A stretch of DNA of 57,165 nt, the filler included, from Jimgerdemannia flammicorona (lineage: Eukaryota), in assembly GCA_003990765.1 (NCBI GenBank). It is 2 parts of 2 records of this genome, joined end to end, with 100 filler letters (N's around TTAATTAATTAA, not from the genome) between each part and the next. Parts side by side here need not be neighbours in the genome. Positions count along the whole stretch, not along the records: positions 1 to 28,542 come from RBNJ01000554.1; 1 more part is not named here. One strand, 5' to 3'. The position numbers and the translations under genes were made by a program. Below the pieces are notes generated by a model. That model worked only from the letters and a program-made list of their open reading frames with translations, was not told where the DNA came from and searched no databases. Of this stretch, positions 1 through 11,539 are shown piece by piece (position 1 is the first letter of the stretch; every line of letters begins with the position of its first letter).

Positions 1-666
1 TGGTTGTCCTAGGTCGCTCGGATTTGTGGAGCTGACAAAACTCTTGTTGAGAAGAGTAAAGAAGGCTTCAATAAGACCTTCTTCGTCTTGACTTGCTGGG
101 TGTAGTGCAAGGAGTTCGGTGAATAGGATTTCGCCTATTTGCTGGTTTAACTTGAGTACTTCTTTCTTTGAATGAAGTTTATCCCACTTGTTGCAGGTGT
201 GGAGGTCAAATTGCCCTTGTACATCAGGTTCAATTCTCTCCAGATTGTCGGATGGTTCAGGATAAATTCCAGTTCAGAGGTTGGACTTTATACCAACTTA
301 TAGGAATTTGCAGAGGGGTTTGTAGCGAGGTGAGGAAGCGTCTTGAAGCGGAATTGGATTGTAAACTGCTGCTACCAAGTTGTAAGAGGGTTACTTTTTA
401 GGGTAACCGTTATGTAGTTCTGGAAAGGTTTTCTGGATATTCTGGATGTTCTGGAAGACCATTTTCTTATGGTCAAGATCAATTTCGTATGGAGTATGTC
501 CTCTACGCTTATTGATTTCAAGATCGGTTGACGTCTCAACCAAAGTCCTTTTCTGGACTAGTTCTGGATGTTTAGGATTTTCTGTATTTCAGGAAGTTCA
601 AGAAACTAAGACCAGCTTAGTTGAATTGGCATATCGCTGCAGATAATACCTAATTAGGAAATTTCG
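1..666 (-). mobile_element. 5' internal region (leader and probable start of gag) of gypsy element 1, running off the window start
   Basis: Lies directly downstream (minus sense) of LTR 667-2452. A minus frame near 1-170 reads as coding-like (KERVLKLNQQIGEILFTELLALHP...), but no diagnostic gag motif is visible. Confidence 0.45.
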
Positions 667-2452
667 TGACAGGGTTAGGAGTGGGACCTAACAGAGAGCG
701 GATTTACTTAAGAGTGGTTTGTGGGTTATGAAATAGGTTTATTTGCTATTCATGATATTGCTATACTAGGAGTATTTGTGTGAAGGGGTATTGTGGGAAA
801 GTGCTCAGGAGTTGTGTTCGGATTGTTCAAGTCTTTCAAGTCTGAGATTCTGAGGTCCGGGGGAGGGGGTATTTATACTAGTGAGGGGCTATCTGGACTA
901 GGCTAGATATGGATGTAGCACTAAGTGCTTTGCTGAGTCAGAATGCAGTCACGTAGTACAAGTGTGATCTGAAATGTCAAGAGATTGTCTGACTGCTGAG
1001 TCAGTTCACAGTCACGTTGTACAAGGCTAATCTAACTATACTATGACTGCTAGACTATTTATAGGTTTAGGCACTATCTGGGTAGTCCTCGATGACATCA
1101 CCATCGGTTGCATCATCTCTGATGAAGTAGTTGTCTAGGAATAATGGTTCGCGGATTACTTCTCCTTATTGGCTGAGATAATAATACATTGGAACTTCAT
1201 CTCCGTCCCACAGGATAGCATCATCTATTTTGTATGCTGGATAAGGTGTTGGTGGGTGAAGGATGGGTGTACTGTCTTCGCTTTCATCGGATTCACTATC
1301 TGCGTACCTTCTATAGGTTACAGCACTATGAGTCGTGGGGTTGTAGTAAGCTGGCGGCTGTGGTTCAAGTCGCTTGTACTCAGGTGGTGGTGTTGTTGGT
1401 TCAATCTCGAGGGTTGTCTGGAGGTACAGGTTGTGCTCTCTGGTCTCTTCATTGTAGTTGAAGTAGTTGGGGGTGAACGCGGGTTGGTATTCGTGCCAGT
1501 GGTCATTGTCTCAATAAGTCTCGTATGCAGTTATGAACTGTTGTAAGTTCATCGGCAAGGTTGGTGGAGTGATCAGGGTTGGCAGAGATCCTTGGCTAGA
1601 GGTCATGTCGGCATCAGAGGGATCATTGTCTTCTGCTTCATCTTCGTCGAAGTGGATTATATTGTAGACGTCCTTTATGGCGTATCCGACTTGAGGCATT
1701 TGTAGGATATGGTCATCAGGGTGCGGGAAGGTTCTGTCTGTGGTTTTGACATACTCGAGGTACTTGTGGTTAAGTTCTTATATCATGTCATCGATTTGGC
1801 CATAGGACAGGGTAGCAACCATTTCACTGGTAGTGACTCGGAGGTGGGGAATAAAGGTGTTGTACTCGTAGAAGAGTTCTCGATGTTTGCGGGTGATGAG
1901 CTTCTGGTGTTGAGACATCTGGGTAATATCTGTATCGTGGTGGTGTTTGACCATGTCTTCTAAGAGGCGGCCAATCTGGTAGTAGCTTGAGATTTGTCCT
2001 ATTCGGTGGGCCTCGCTAAGTATGTTTAGGGCATTCCATCAGGCTTCCACGAAGTAGAGGGGTGCCAGGCTATAGATATTCATGAGGGGCAGAGGGGGTG
2101 TGGCTCGGTTGACAATGGCATTCCAAATGTCAGCACGGATGCGGTTGTAGATCTCAGTGGTCATGTTTGTGTGTTTGGAAGTTGTAGTTGTTGCTTGTTT
2201 TGGTTCTCTGATTCGATGCGTCTCGGTGCTCAGTATATATGCATTTGGTCCTGATTGGTAAGATTCTGTTGGTGTAGATCTTGTATTCCGTGACTTCGTA
2301 TTGACTCAGCTTTGTGCGCTGTGACTTCGGTTTGACTCAGCTTCGTGATCAAGCAGGTGATTTCCAGATTTGTTTGGAGGTCACGTGTGATTTCAGTGGC
2401 TTGTTCAGAGGGTGACGTATAATTTCAGTGGCTTGGAGGTTGTGCGCTTACA
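667..2452 (-). mobile_element. LTR (~1.8 kb) of gypsy element 1, with an internal ORF
   Basis: Minus strand starts TGTAAGCG at 2452, flanked by gtac. TATA-like tataaata near 869-876. Homologous to the decayed LTR at 2512-3164 + 18423-19242, which is preceded by a PPT. The 3' end (..TGTCA at 667) is approximate. Confidence 0.7.
1067..2164 (-). pseudogene. LTR-encoded ORF of unknown function (family 1), 366 codons with 4 internal stops
   Basis: Single frame MTTEIYNRIRADIWNAI...SSYYQIGRLL...FIPHLRVTTSEMVATLS...DVIEDYPDSA*. The internal stops are TGA/TAA, compatible with CGA/CAA C>T changes. Includes ORF 1511..1699. Confidence 0.65.
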
Positions 2453-2511
2453 GTACTAGTAAGAGAGTGAGATTTAACTTTTCTGCTACTACTAATTATA
2501 ATAAATATATA

Positions 2512-3164
2512 TATTATAGAGAATAATTATATTTATTAAAGTATGAGATTACTTTAATATAGTTAAGTCAGATGAAATCTAAAACTTAGACAATATACAT
2601 ATCAGCAAATGTTCAAATAGAAATATTTGATTAGATTTAAAGAATAGAACTTAGAAGGTTTAATTACCTTTAAGAGATTTAAGTAAAAATATAATAACTA
2701 ACTAGACTTACCTTTATTGAAGTATTCAGAGAGAATATTTATATAAGAGAAATAGAAAGAAAAAGAAATAAATAGAATATTACTAAGCTAGATAGTAAGC
2801 AATGAGTCATACTTGACAGAACTTAGTAGAATATTACAGAGAGTTACTAAGTATTGATTAATAATTGACAAAATCTTAGCTAAACTATTTAGGAAACAGG
2901 TTCTTAGCAAATAACTAAGTAATTCCATACTATTCTAAGCAATTCTGAAATGTTCTACTGAGTAATACATATGACAAAGAAAAGATAATAATTTAGAAAA
3001 AATAAAAATAGAATATAGAGGATTATTATACTATCTAGACTAGGCTTAATATAGATATAATACTTTAATATTTAATAAGTTAGAATATAGTTATATAGAA
3101 CTAACTAATCTAATTATACTAATGACTGCAAAGATAATTATAGATTTAGACACTGTTTAGATAT
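2512..3164 (-). mobile_element. Distal part of the decayed 3' LTR of gypsy element 4 (family-1-like), split by element 2
   Basis: 3120-3164 aligns with 1043-1084, and the alignment resumes at 18423. AT-rich C>T/G>A decay. The left boundary is approximate. Confidence 0.6.
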
Positions 3165-4678
3165 TGTAACAGTGACCCTAGAATTATGACAACAGTACAA
3201 GAGATATTCTTTTCTTACAAGCCACCAGATCAGAGCACAAGTAGATCATACAGTATATGAGATGAGCAATGATGACCAACTATGAGTTATTGTGACCACA
3301 GTATGGGTATCTTGAGGAATATAAAAGAAGGATTAAGGAACTACAGTAGCAGTAACCAATAAGACCCACCAATCTCAAAATAGCTCAAAGACTTACCACA
3401 AATAAAATGCCTGCTGCTCACCAAACCTCAAGGTCAAGAAATCACCAAGGTACCTCAGTTGAAGAAAGGATGTTCCAAGACATCAGAAGAGCCATGAGGA
3501 TCTACTCAAGAAAGACTCCTAGTATCAACCTGGGTACTAGTGACCCTTGTCATTATATCCTCTACTGTCATGAAATGGAAACAAGGATCACTATTGCTAC
3601 CAAATACCTCCAAATGTGGCAGGAGTATGAAATAGGAAATCTCCTCTACTGGGAGTTCCCATAGGCCAGCTCTCAAGAGTTACAAGATGTCACTCCCATA
3701 GATATATATGAAGTAAAGATAGCTAAGAAGATCCATCAGATCTTCAGGCATGCACCATGGTCAATCCCCAACTTGGAGTATATTAGAGTCTCAGATTTCA
3801 GAGACCTGTCATCCTGCTATATCAATGTACTAGAAACCAGGGTGGCTACAGAAGCCCAGTCCACTATTATCCTCAATAGTGATGAAGTAGAAGACTTCGG
3901 GCATCCCATCCTCCAGGACAACCCAGACCAATTCCTGCAAGGATTGATCTTAGTATTTCAAGGTCCAAGCATCCAGATTAGACCTCTCCAAGACCCTACA
4001 TTTGTCCCCTATTTTGTAGAAGAGAACCTCATAGACTGGAGAGCCCCAGACCTTCTTCTCACTACTACTAAATATGATGACATCATTGGCGATGATGTCA
4101 TCCTGTGTAATATTGAAGTATGTGAAATGTGCAATGATGATGAATTTGCAATCTCATCTCCTTCAGTGATGATGAGGATGAAGCCCCTATCATCTTGAAC
4201 ATTCTGCTCTAAAGTTCTTTAGTTATACTGAGTTATACCAGTACTGGCATTCTGATATAATACTGAGTTATGCCAGTACTAGTATTCTGATATAATACAG
4301 AATTATTCCAGCACCATTTTTCTGTACCACTATCAGTACCAACCCTGGAACTTAGCAGTTTTTCCTGTCCTGGCATATCATTTTAGTTATTGGAATTTAT
4401 ATTTAGCTTTATATCTTAGCAATCATTGAATTATATTTTGTATAAATACTCCTCTTATTTCCTTTAAAATAAAGTCAGTTCCAGTTCACTTATACACAAT
4501 CTCTTGCAAGCAATCTAAGAGATAACAAGATAGTTTAAAAATAAGAAGTTTGAGAACTATAAGACCTTAGGAAGACACTCCAATAAGAACTTGCTTATAA
4601 CAAACTTAAGTTAGTCTAAGAGATATACCTTGAAGAGAATCTGGCATATTTGAAGAACTCAGCAACTACTACTTGACA
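3165..4678 (+). repeat. 5' LTR of element 2
   Basis: Direct repeat of 10372-11086/17613-18422. TG...CA ends, TATA tataaata at 4441, aataaa near 4468, ~35-bp tandem repeats at 4222-4310. Confidence 0.93.
3407..4212 (+). pseudogene. LTR-encoded ORF of unknown function (family 2), ~268 codons
   Basis: ORFs 3407..3664 and 3773..4198 are in one frame separated by a TAG. Other copies (17613-17952, 41929-42156) give the C-terminus EDEAPxxLNILL*, implying a small frameshift near 4150. Confidence 0.75.
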
Positions 4679-4700
4679 ACTTGGTACTCATTGGCTGGTA
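4679..4700 (+). promoter_or_regulatory. Putative primer binding site
   Basis: act-TGGtactcattggctgg immediately after the LTR terminal CA. The cognate tRNA was not identified. Confidence 0.5.
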
Positions 4701-4734
4701 ATTTAAGATGAATCTCTCACTTTCAAGTTGAAAA

Positions 4735-5974
4735 ATGAACAACTCCCACAACAACTACTCTGACTACAAGTGTCACCCCTGCAAGAATTCAAGACAAGAT
4801 GGAAATACATCTCTCTACATTTTATAGATATACTACTGAAGAGTCAATTCTGACCTTCATTGAAGACTTAGAACAATTCGCTGCTATACAAGCCCTTGGT
4901 GTGGATGTACAATTGGCCCTTCTACCAGTCAGCCTCAGAGGATCTGCCAGAGATAAGTTCAATGCAGCTACTATTGCTGATAATGGTGCAGCCAAACTTA
5001 CCAACATGAAGGCCTTCCTCAGAACAACATACTATATTGAAGAGATCAAGCAAGCTCTCAAGGATCAACTCAACACTATCTGCAAGAGACTCAGTGAAGA
5101 TCCCAACTTATTCTATACCTGAATCTGCCACCAGATTGTCTTGGCTGGCTATGATGATGCCCTCAAGGAACAAATAGCAAATTCAACCTTCCTCAAAGGA
5201 GTTCACCCTGAAATTGCCCTAACAATCCAGTCTACCCCAGCTGCACTGACCCTTGATCAGAAAGTGGTCTTTGTACAGAGATATTGGACTGCCAGACACC
5301 CTGCCAAACACTCAATGGAGAAAATAACTAGTATCAAGATAGAGCCATCAAAGCCAACTAGTATCATACCTGCTATAGTAATAAACAAACAACCAACCCC
5401 ACTTATCTCCAAGGCAGCCAAAGCTGACTCAGTGGAGGAACTTGCCAAGCAGTTTGCCAAGATAACAGTATACCTTAGTGATGTTGTTAGAGAAGTCCAA
5501 AGTGCCAACAGGAGACCAGTGCAGAGATTTGCAGCTACTACAGAAGAATGCAATATCACATGCTTCAGATGTGGAGAAGAAGGCCACTATACAAAGAATT
5601 GCATGACCAAAACAAGATGCAAAACCCAACCAAGCAATGCTAGCAGAATCAGAGAACAAACTAATGCAGTAGTCATCGAGGAGATTGGTGATACTGATGA
5701 TGAAGAATACTATGAAAAGCTTGAATTCTACCCTGCTACTGAAGGTACTAGAACCTGGTCCAAGCCCTATAACAAGAAGAGCAACAGCAAGCCAGTTGGA
5801 AGACCAAAGAAGACCCCAGCTATTACTATTCAAAGCAAGACTCAACTCAAGGAGATTGATCAAGACATGGAGTTAGATGGAGCTGTCTGCCAAATCATTG
5901 AAGGTACTACTCCAGTCTCAGGAGAAAGTGAAAGCAAGAAGAAACAGAAGCTGTGCAAGACCAAGATCCACTAG
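4735..5974 (+). pseudogene. gag: gag (capsid plus CCHC zinc knuckle), disrupted
   Basis: ORFs 4799..5122 and 5141..5974. Knuckle CFRCGEEGHYTKNC. Confidence 0.85.
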
Positions 5975-6169
5975 TATGATATCTACAAGGACCTCAGTCA
6001 ATGCTACTTTTGGACAGCTAGCCAAAGTCCCTGCCTTCAGACAGCAGCTGAGAGTAGGACTTGTAACTACTGCCAAGAATCAAGAGTACAAGATTGTAGA
6101 AGCTCACAATGTATAGGAAGAATCTGAAAACTCAGGTGAAGAATCCAAAGAACAGCACAAGACATCAGC

Positions 6170-8818
6170 CTATATCTCATATCAGATCAAAGACTATATC
6201 TTTGATACCATTATTGATACCAGTGCTGGAGGATGCCTCATAAGCAAGAAGACAATTGACCATCTAGGCTAGGACATTGAAGAGTTCACCAAGATGGTCT
6301 ATATTACAGCAGATGGTATACGAGCTACCCTCCTTGGCAAAATCTGAGAAGTCTCCATTAAGATAGGAGGAGCTACCATCTCAGTAGATGTGATTGTTAT
6401 AAGTACCACCAACTATGACATTCTCATTGGCAACCAATGGCTTCATAAGGTCAAGGCCATCATTGACCTCAATGCCCAGAAGATGCAGATCAACTATAGA
6501 GGAAGAAAGGTATGAGTCTCTATCAATGTCCACAAAGGAGTCCTACCAGACATAGAGGAAGGAGATGAAGAGAACACAGAGGTCTTCATGCACTCAGTGA
6601 ACAAGAACAAGAACAAGAACAAGACACCTAAGCTCACAGATGAGCAGTGGTACAACAAGATCATCAATAGCTATGCCTCTCAAGGAAGATGCCCCCATGG
6701 TACTAGGATGTACTGCTCTGAACACCTGAATGACTGCTGGTCCTATATCAGTGAAGTCAGGAAAATCCGCCAACAGAAACATGAGCAAGAAGCCACCAAA
6801 GTAAAACGGAAAGCCAAAGATTATGACCAGCCCCCAGAGCTTCAAGCTGACAGTAATGATGAGGAGGAACAAGAACCAGATATCACCCTTAAGGTCAAGA
6901 AGTTCTACCCTAAAGCCAAGATCCCAGAATATAAGACTGAAGGAGCCATAGAAATAGATCTTGCCAGCATTGAAGATGCTACTCTGAAACCACAGACCAC
7001 TATCCTACTTAGCACTGGAATTGGAGTCAATCTGCCAGAGAACCATGCCAGAATTATCAAGACCAGGAGCAGTCTGGCCAAAAGTGAAATCTCAGTTGAA
7101 GGAGGAGTAATTGACCCTGATTATACTGGTAAGATCTTCCTTATAGTCAGAAATCACAACCCTACCACCCCATTCAAAGTCAAGAAGTATGACAGGATTG
7201 GCCAGATGCTGATCCATAAAATCAAGAAACCCAAGATTGCTGAAGCCATTGAACTCATCAAGACTAAGAGAGGAGAACAAGGCTTTGAATCTACTAGAAG
7301 AGGAGCCTATGTCACCACCAAGATCACTAAACTTGAGCATAAGAAAAATAAGGATCAGAATAAGCACACATATACTATTGGAGAAAACTTTCCCCTAAAA
7401 GAACAACTTCTCAAGATCCTGCACCAGAATGAAGGAGTACTTGCTACAGACTTCTGGGATATCTATAATCAAGAACCCAAGTACTATTACAAAGTTGACA
7501 CTGGTGATACCAAGCCCATCTACCAGAAAGCCAGACCCATACCACCTGCCAACAGAGAATGGCTGTGAGCAGAACTCAAGGAATTGGAAGAAGCCAGAAT
7601 CATCAAGCAAGCTATCAGTCCCTGGGCTTCACCCATTGTCCTTGCCCCAAAGAAAGGAAGCAAACCTGGAGAGTTTGCACCAAGATACTGCATTGACTAC
7701 AGGAAGCTCAATGCCATCACCAAGAAGGATAAGCAGCCCTTGCCAAATATTCAAGAAATCCTTACCACTCTTGGAAGTGAAGCCAAATACTATACCACCT
7801 TGAATCTGTTCTCAGGCTTCCATCAGATTAGTCTCACTCAAGATACCAGTGAGAAATCAGCCTTCATCACACCTAATGCCACCTATATCTATCTGTAAAT
7901 ACCATTTGGAATGTGCAATGCCCCAGCAAGTTTCCAGCAAATGATGAACAGAGTCTTCAGCAATGAGATTGGAAAATGGCTCTTCATCTATATTGATAAT
8001 GTGATCATCTTCAGTAACACTACACAGGAACATATCAATCACATACAGCTAGCCCTCAAGAAGCTCAAGGATCATGGCCTCTACATCAAGCCTAAGAAAT
8101 ACAAGTTTGCAGCCCAGGAATTTGCCTACCTAGGACACCTCATCAACCAGACCAGAATCCACACAGACTCCATAAAGATTGAGGCTGTTGCAGCCTACCT
8201 GAGACCCAGAACAACCATAGAAGTCCATGCCTTCCTTGGACTGGCCAGCTACTATAGAATATTTATCAAAGGATACTCTAACATTACAGTACATATCTAC
8301 GAGCTACTGAAGAAGGAAACCAAATTTGAATAGACCAAGGAATGCCAAGAAACCTTCAATGAACTCAAGACCAGGTTGATCCAAGCACTATCCTCAGAAG
8401 ACCAGATTGGAACCTAGAATTCATCCTGCAGACAGATGTGGGTACTATAGGACTTGGAGCAGTCCTAGCTCAGAAGAAAGATGAACATGAATATGTCATA
8501 TCCTATGCAAGCCAAGGTACCTATGGAGCAGAACAGAACTACAAGCCATGCAAGCTCGAATGCTTAGCAGTAGTTTGGGCAGTAGACAAGTTCCACTACT
8601 ACTTAGCTGGGAAACACTTCACCATTCAAACAGACTATTCCGCTCTTGCCTGGCTATTCCACACTCTGAACCCCAAAGGAATATATGCCAAATAGATCTA
8701 CAGGCTGCAAGAGAATGACTGTACTATCAAGCACCACTCAGGAAGAACCAACACCAATGCTGATATACTCTTAAGGACACTCCGAAACACTCTCATCAAA
8801 ATTACTCAACATGAATAA
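6170..8818 (+). pseudogene. pol: pol: aspartic protease, dUTPase, reverse transcriptase, RNase H (stops and frameshifts)
   Basis: PR IIDTSAG (~6210). RT SPWASPIVL, CIDYRKLN, PFGMCNAPASFQ, YIDN (decayed YxDD). RH GLGAVLAQ, KLECLAVVWAV, TDYSAL. Confidence 0.92.
6880..7305 (+). pseudogene. dut: dUTPase domain between protease and RT
   Basis: In ORF 6588..7568: EIDL, TRSSLA, GGVIDPDYTGKI, DRIGQML, RGEQGFEST, matching trimeric dUTPase motifs 1-5. Confidence 0.9.
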
Positions 8819-10058
8819 GGAGTTATACTATGGATTGATCAGCTACCTTGAGCAGCAGAAGATGCTCAACCACCTTGAACCCTGGACAATCACCATCATC
8901 AACTGAACTTGGAAACAGTTTGAACTAGACAACACTACACTCAGAAAAGGAGGAAAGCTAGTAGTACCCAAATACAAGAAGTATCAAGTAATGAAGGAAG
9001 TATATGAGCAAGGATATCTAGGAAGAACAAACACATATGACAAGGCAAGAAGAACCATGTGGTGGCCCAAGATAGAAGAAGACCTGTACCAATTTATCAA
9101 AGGGTGTGACAAGTGCCAAAAACAGAAACAAGATCAGCAAGACCAGGCACCCAAGTCATCAAGAATTGAGCCTATCCCCTTCCACTACATCACAATAGAT
9201 ATAATTGGGCTACTACCAGTAATTCTATCATAAAATAACTATATTATAGTTATTATAAACCTCTTTACCAAATGGATAGAAGCAGGAGCAATACAAGAAG
9301 CCAATGCCCTCTCTATAGCTGACTTTCTGTACTGAGAAATTATCTGCTGCTACAAGACACTGAAGAAAATCACAACAGACCATAGCACAGAATTTGTTAA
9401 TGGATTCCATGATATAATGTATCAGAAATACAAGATCCAGTATATCAAGACCACTGCATATCACTCTCAAGGAAATGGACAGACAGAGAGAACCAATAAG
9501 ACCCTCAAGAACATCCTGGTAAAGATCTCAGAGATATATGAGAAATGAGATAACTATCTTCCAACTGCTCTCTCTGTCCTATGAGATATATGGTCACAGA
9601 GCACATACTTTACCCCAAGAGAACTGCTCTTTGGAGAAGAAGATTCTGATGTAACCTCAGTCACAAGTCTAGACCTAACTTGGAGATAGGTTGATGCAGA
9701 AATCCAAAGACTACACCAAATCAGAATGAAGGCTGAAGATTACATCATCAAGTCACAAGCACTGACAAGAAAGAATGCAGAAAAGAATCACAAGACTCTA
9801 GAATCCATCCAAATTGAAGAAAAGGTCCTACTGTATTGAAATATGGTAGAAGCCTCATGGTCATGAAAACTGAAGCCCAAATGAGAAAGACCCTTCTACA
9901 TGCAAGATATCAAGAGAACTACCTTCTGGCTTAGAAAAATCTCAGAGACCATACTGCCTACTACAGTACATAGAAACAGACTCAAGAAGTACCATGAACC
10001 TATAAAAGAGAAGCAAAATATAATGACCACCCATGAGGTTCTAGTCTGCAAATTGTAA
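8811..10058 (+). pseudogene. Integrase, as a separate ORF starting MNKELYYGL
   Basis: ATG 8811 is in frame with ORF 8991..9233 (WWPKIEED, CDKCQ, IDIIG). Later motifs: ITTDHSTEF, TAYHSQGNGQTER, decayed GPY/F motif, VHRNRLKKY. Confidence 0.85.
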
Positions 10059-10371
10059 CAGCATGTCCTGTGACCAGCAGGCTATCTGTCTGGACCAATC
10101 TCTAAGGGATATAGCACTAGCAACTACTCATCCATGAGACTTTCAAAACCAGAGGAGTTTGAACTGTCAACTGATTGGTCAAGATCAGAATCAAGCCCTT
10201 ACTCTATATGAAGGGAGCAACCCTTTACCATTACACCAAAATACAAAGAGAAGACACCAGTCCATAAATACCACTTTTCGACCCCTTGTTAGAGGTTATG
10301 GGATCAGCAAATTTTTCAAGACTGGACTAATAAATAAGGATGCTTGAGAAGATCCTTATTCAGGAGGAAAA

Positions 10372-11086
10372 TATAACAGTGACCCCAGAATGATGACATC
10401 AGTACAAGAGACAGCCTTTCCTTACAAGCCACCAGATCAGAGCACAAGCAGATCATACAGTATATGAGATGAGCAATGATGACCAACTATGACTCATTGT
10501 GACCACAGTATGGGTATCTTGAGGAATATAAAAGAAGGATCAAGGAACTGTAGTAGCAGTAACCAATAAGACCCACCAATTCCAAAATAGCTCAAAGACT
10601 TACCACAAACAAAATGTCTGCTACTTGCCAAACCTCAAGGTCAAGGAACTACCAAGACACCTCAGTTGAAGAAAGGATGTTCCAAGACATCAAAAGAGCC
10701 ATGAGGACCCGCTCAAGAAGGACTCCTAGTATCAACCTGGGTACTGATGACCCTTATCATTATATCCTCTACTACTATGAAATGGAAACAAGGAGCACCA
10801 TTGCTATCAAATGCCTCCAAATATAGCAGAAGTATGAAATAGGAAACCTTCTCTGCTGGGAGTTCCCACAGGCCAGCCCTCAAGAGTTACAAGATGTCAC
10901 TCCCATGGATATATATGAAGTAAGGATAGCTAAAAAGATCCATCAGATCTTCAGACATGTACCATAGTTGATCCCCAACTTGGAGTATATTAGAATCTCA
11001 GATTTTAGAGACCTGTCATTCCACTGTATCAATGTACTAGAAACCAGAGTGACTACAGAAGCCCAGTCCACTATCACTCTCAATAG
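10372..11086 (+). repeat. 3' LTR of element 2, left part
   Basis: Matches 3165-3879. Interrupted by the hAT insertion. Confidence 0.93.
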
Positions 11087-11189
11087 TAGTGCTCTGAATG
11101 AGTCAATTCAAATCAAATCTGGATTTGATTTGTCACATGATGGTTTGATCCGAATCTCAAATCTGAAGCCATCCGAATCAACTTGGATT

Positions 11190-11440
11190 AATCCAAATCA
11201 CCCCATCCAAATCACCCCATCCAAATCACTCATCCGAACCACTCCAATCTGAATCACTCAATCCGAATCACTCAATCTGAATTACTCAATCTGAATTACT
11301 CAATCTCAATCACTCAATCCGAATCACTCAATCTGAATCCTCCAATTCAAATCCTCCAATTCAAATTCTCCAATTCAAATCCTTCAATCTGAATTCTCAT
11401 CCAAATTCTTCAACCGAATCCTCCAATCCAAATCCTCCAC
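11190..11440 (+). repeat. hAT subterminal array of ~15-bp units (aatccgaatcactc-like)
   Basis: Visible tandem aatc(c/t)gaat(c/t)actc units. Related gatc/aatc motifs occur at the right end (17480-17600). Confidence 0.85.
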
Positions 11441-11539
11441 ATAACTCATATGCCAGATGCATCCACAATACAATATACACACACCCATACATAATACACA
11501 CACACACATATACATGTACATGCAAACATACAAACACAT

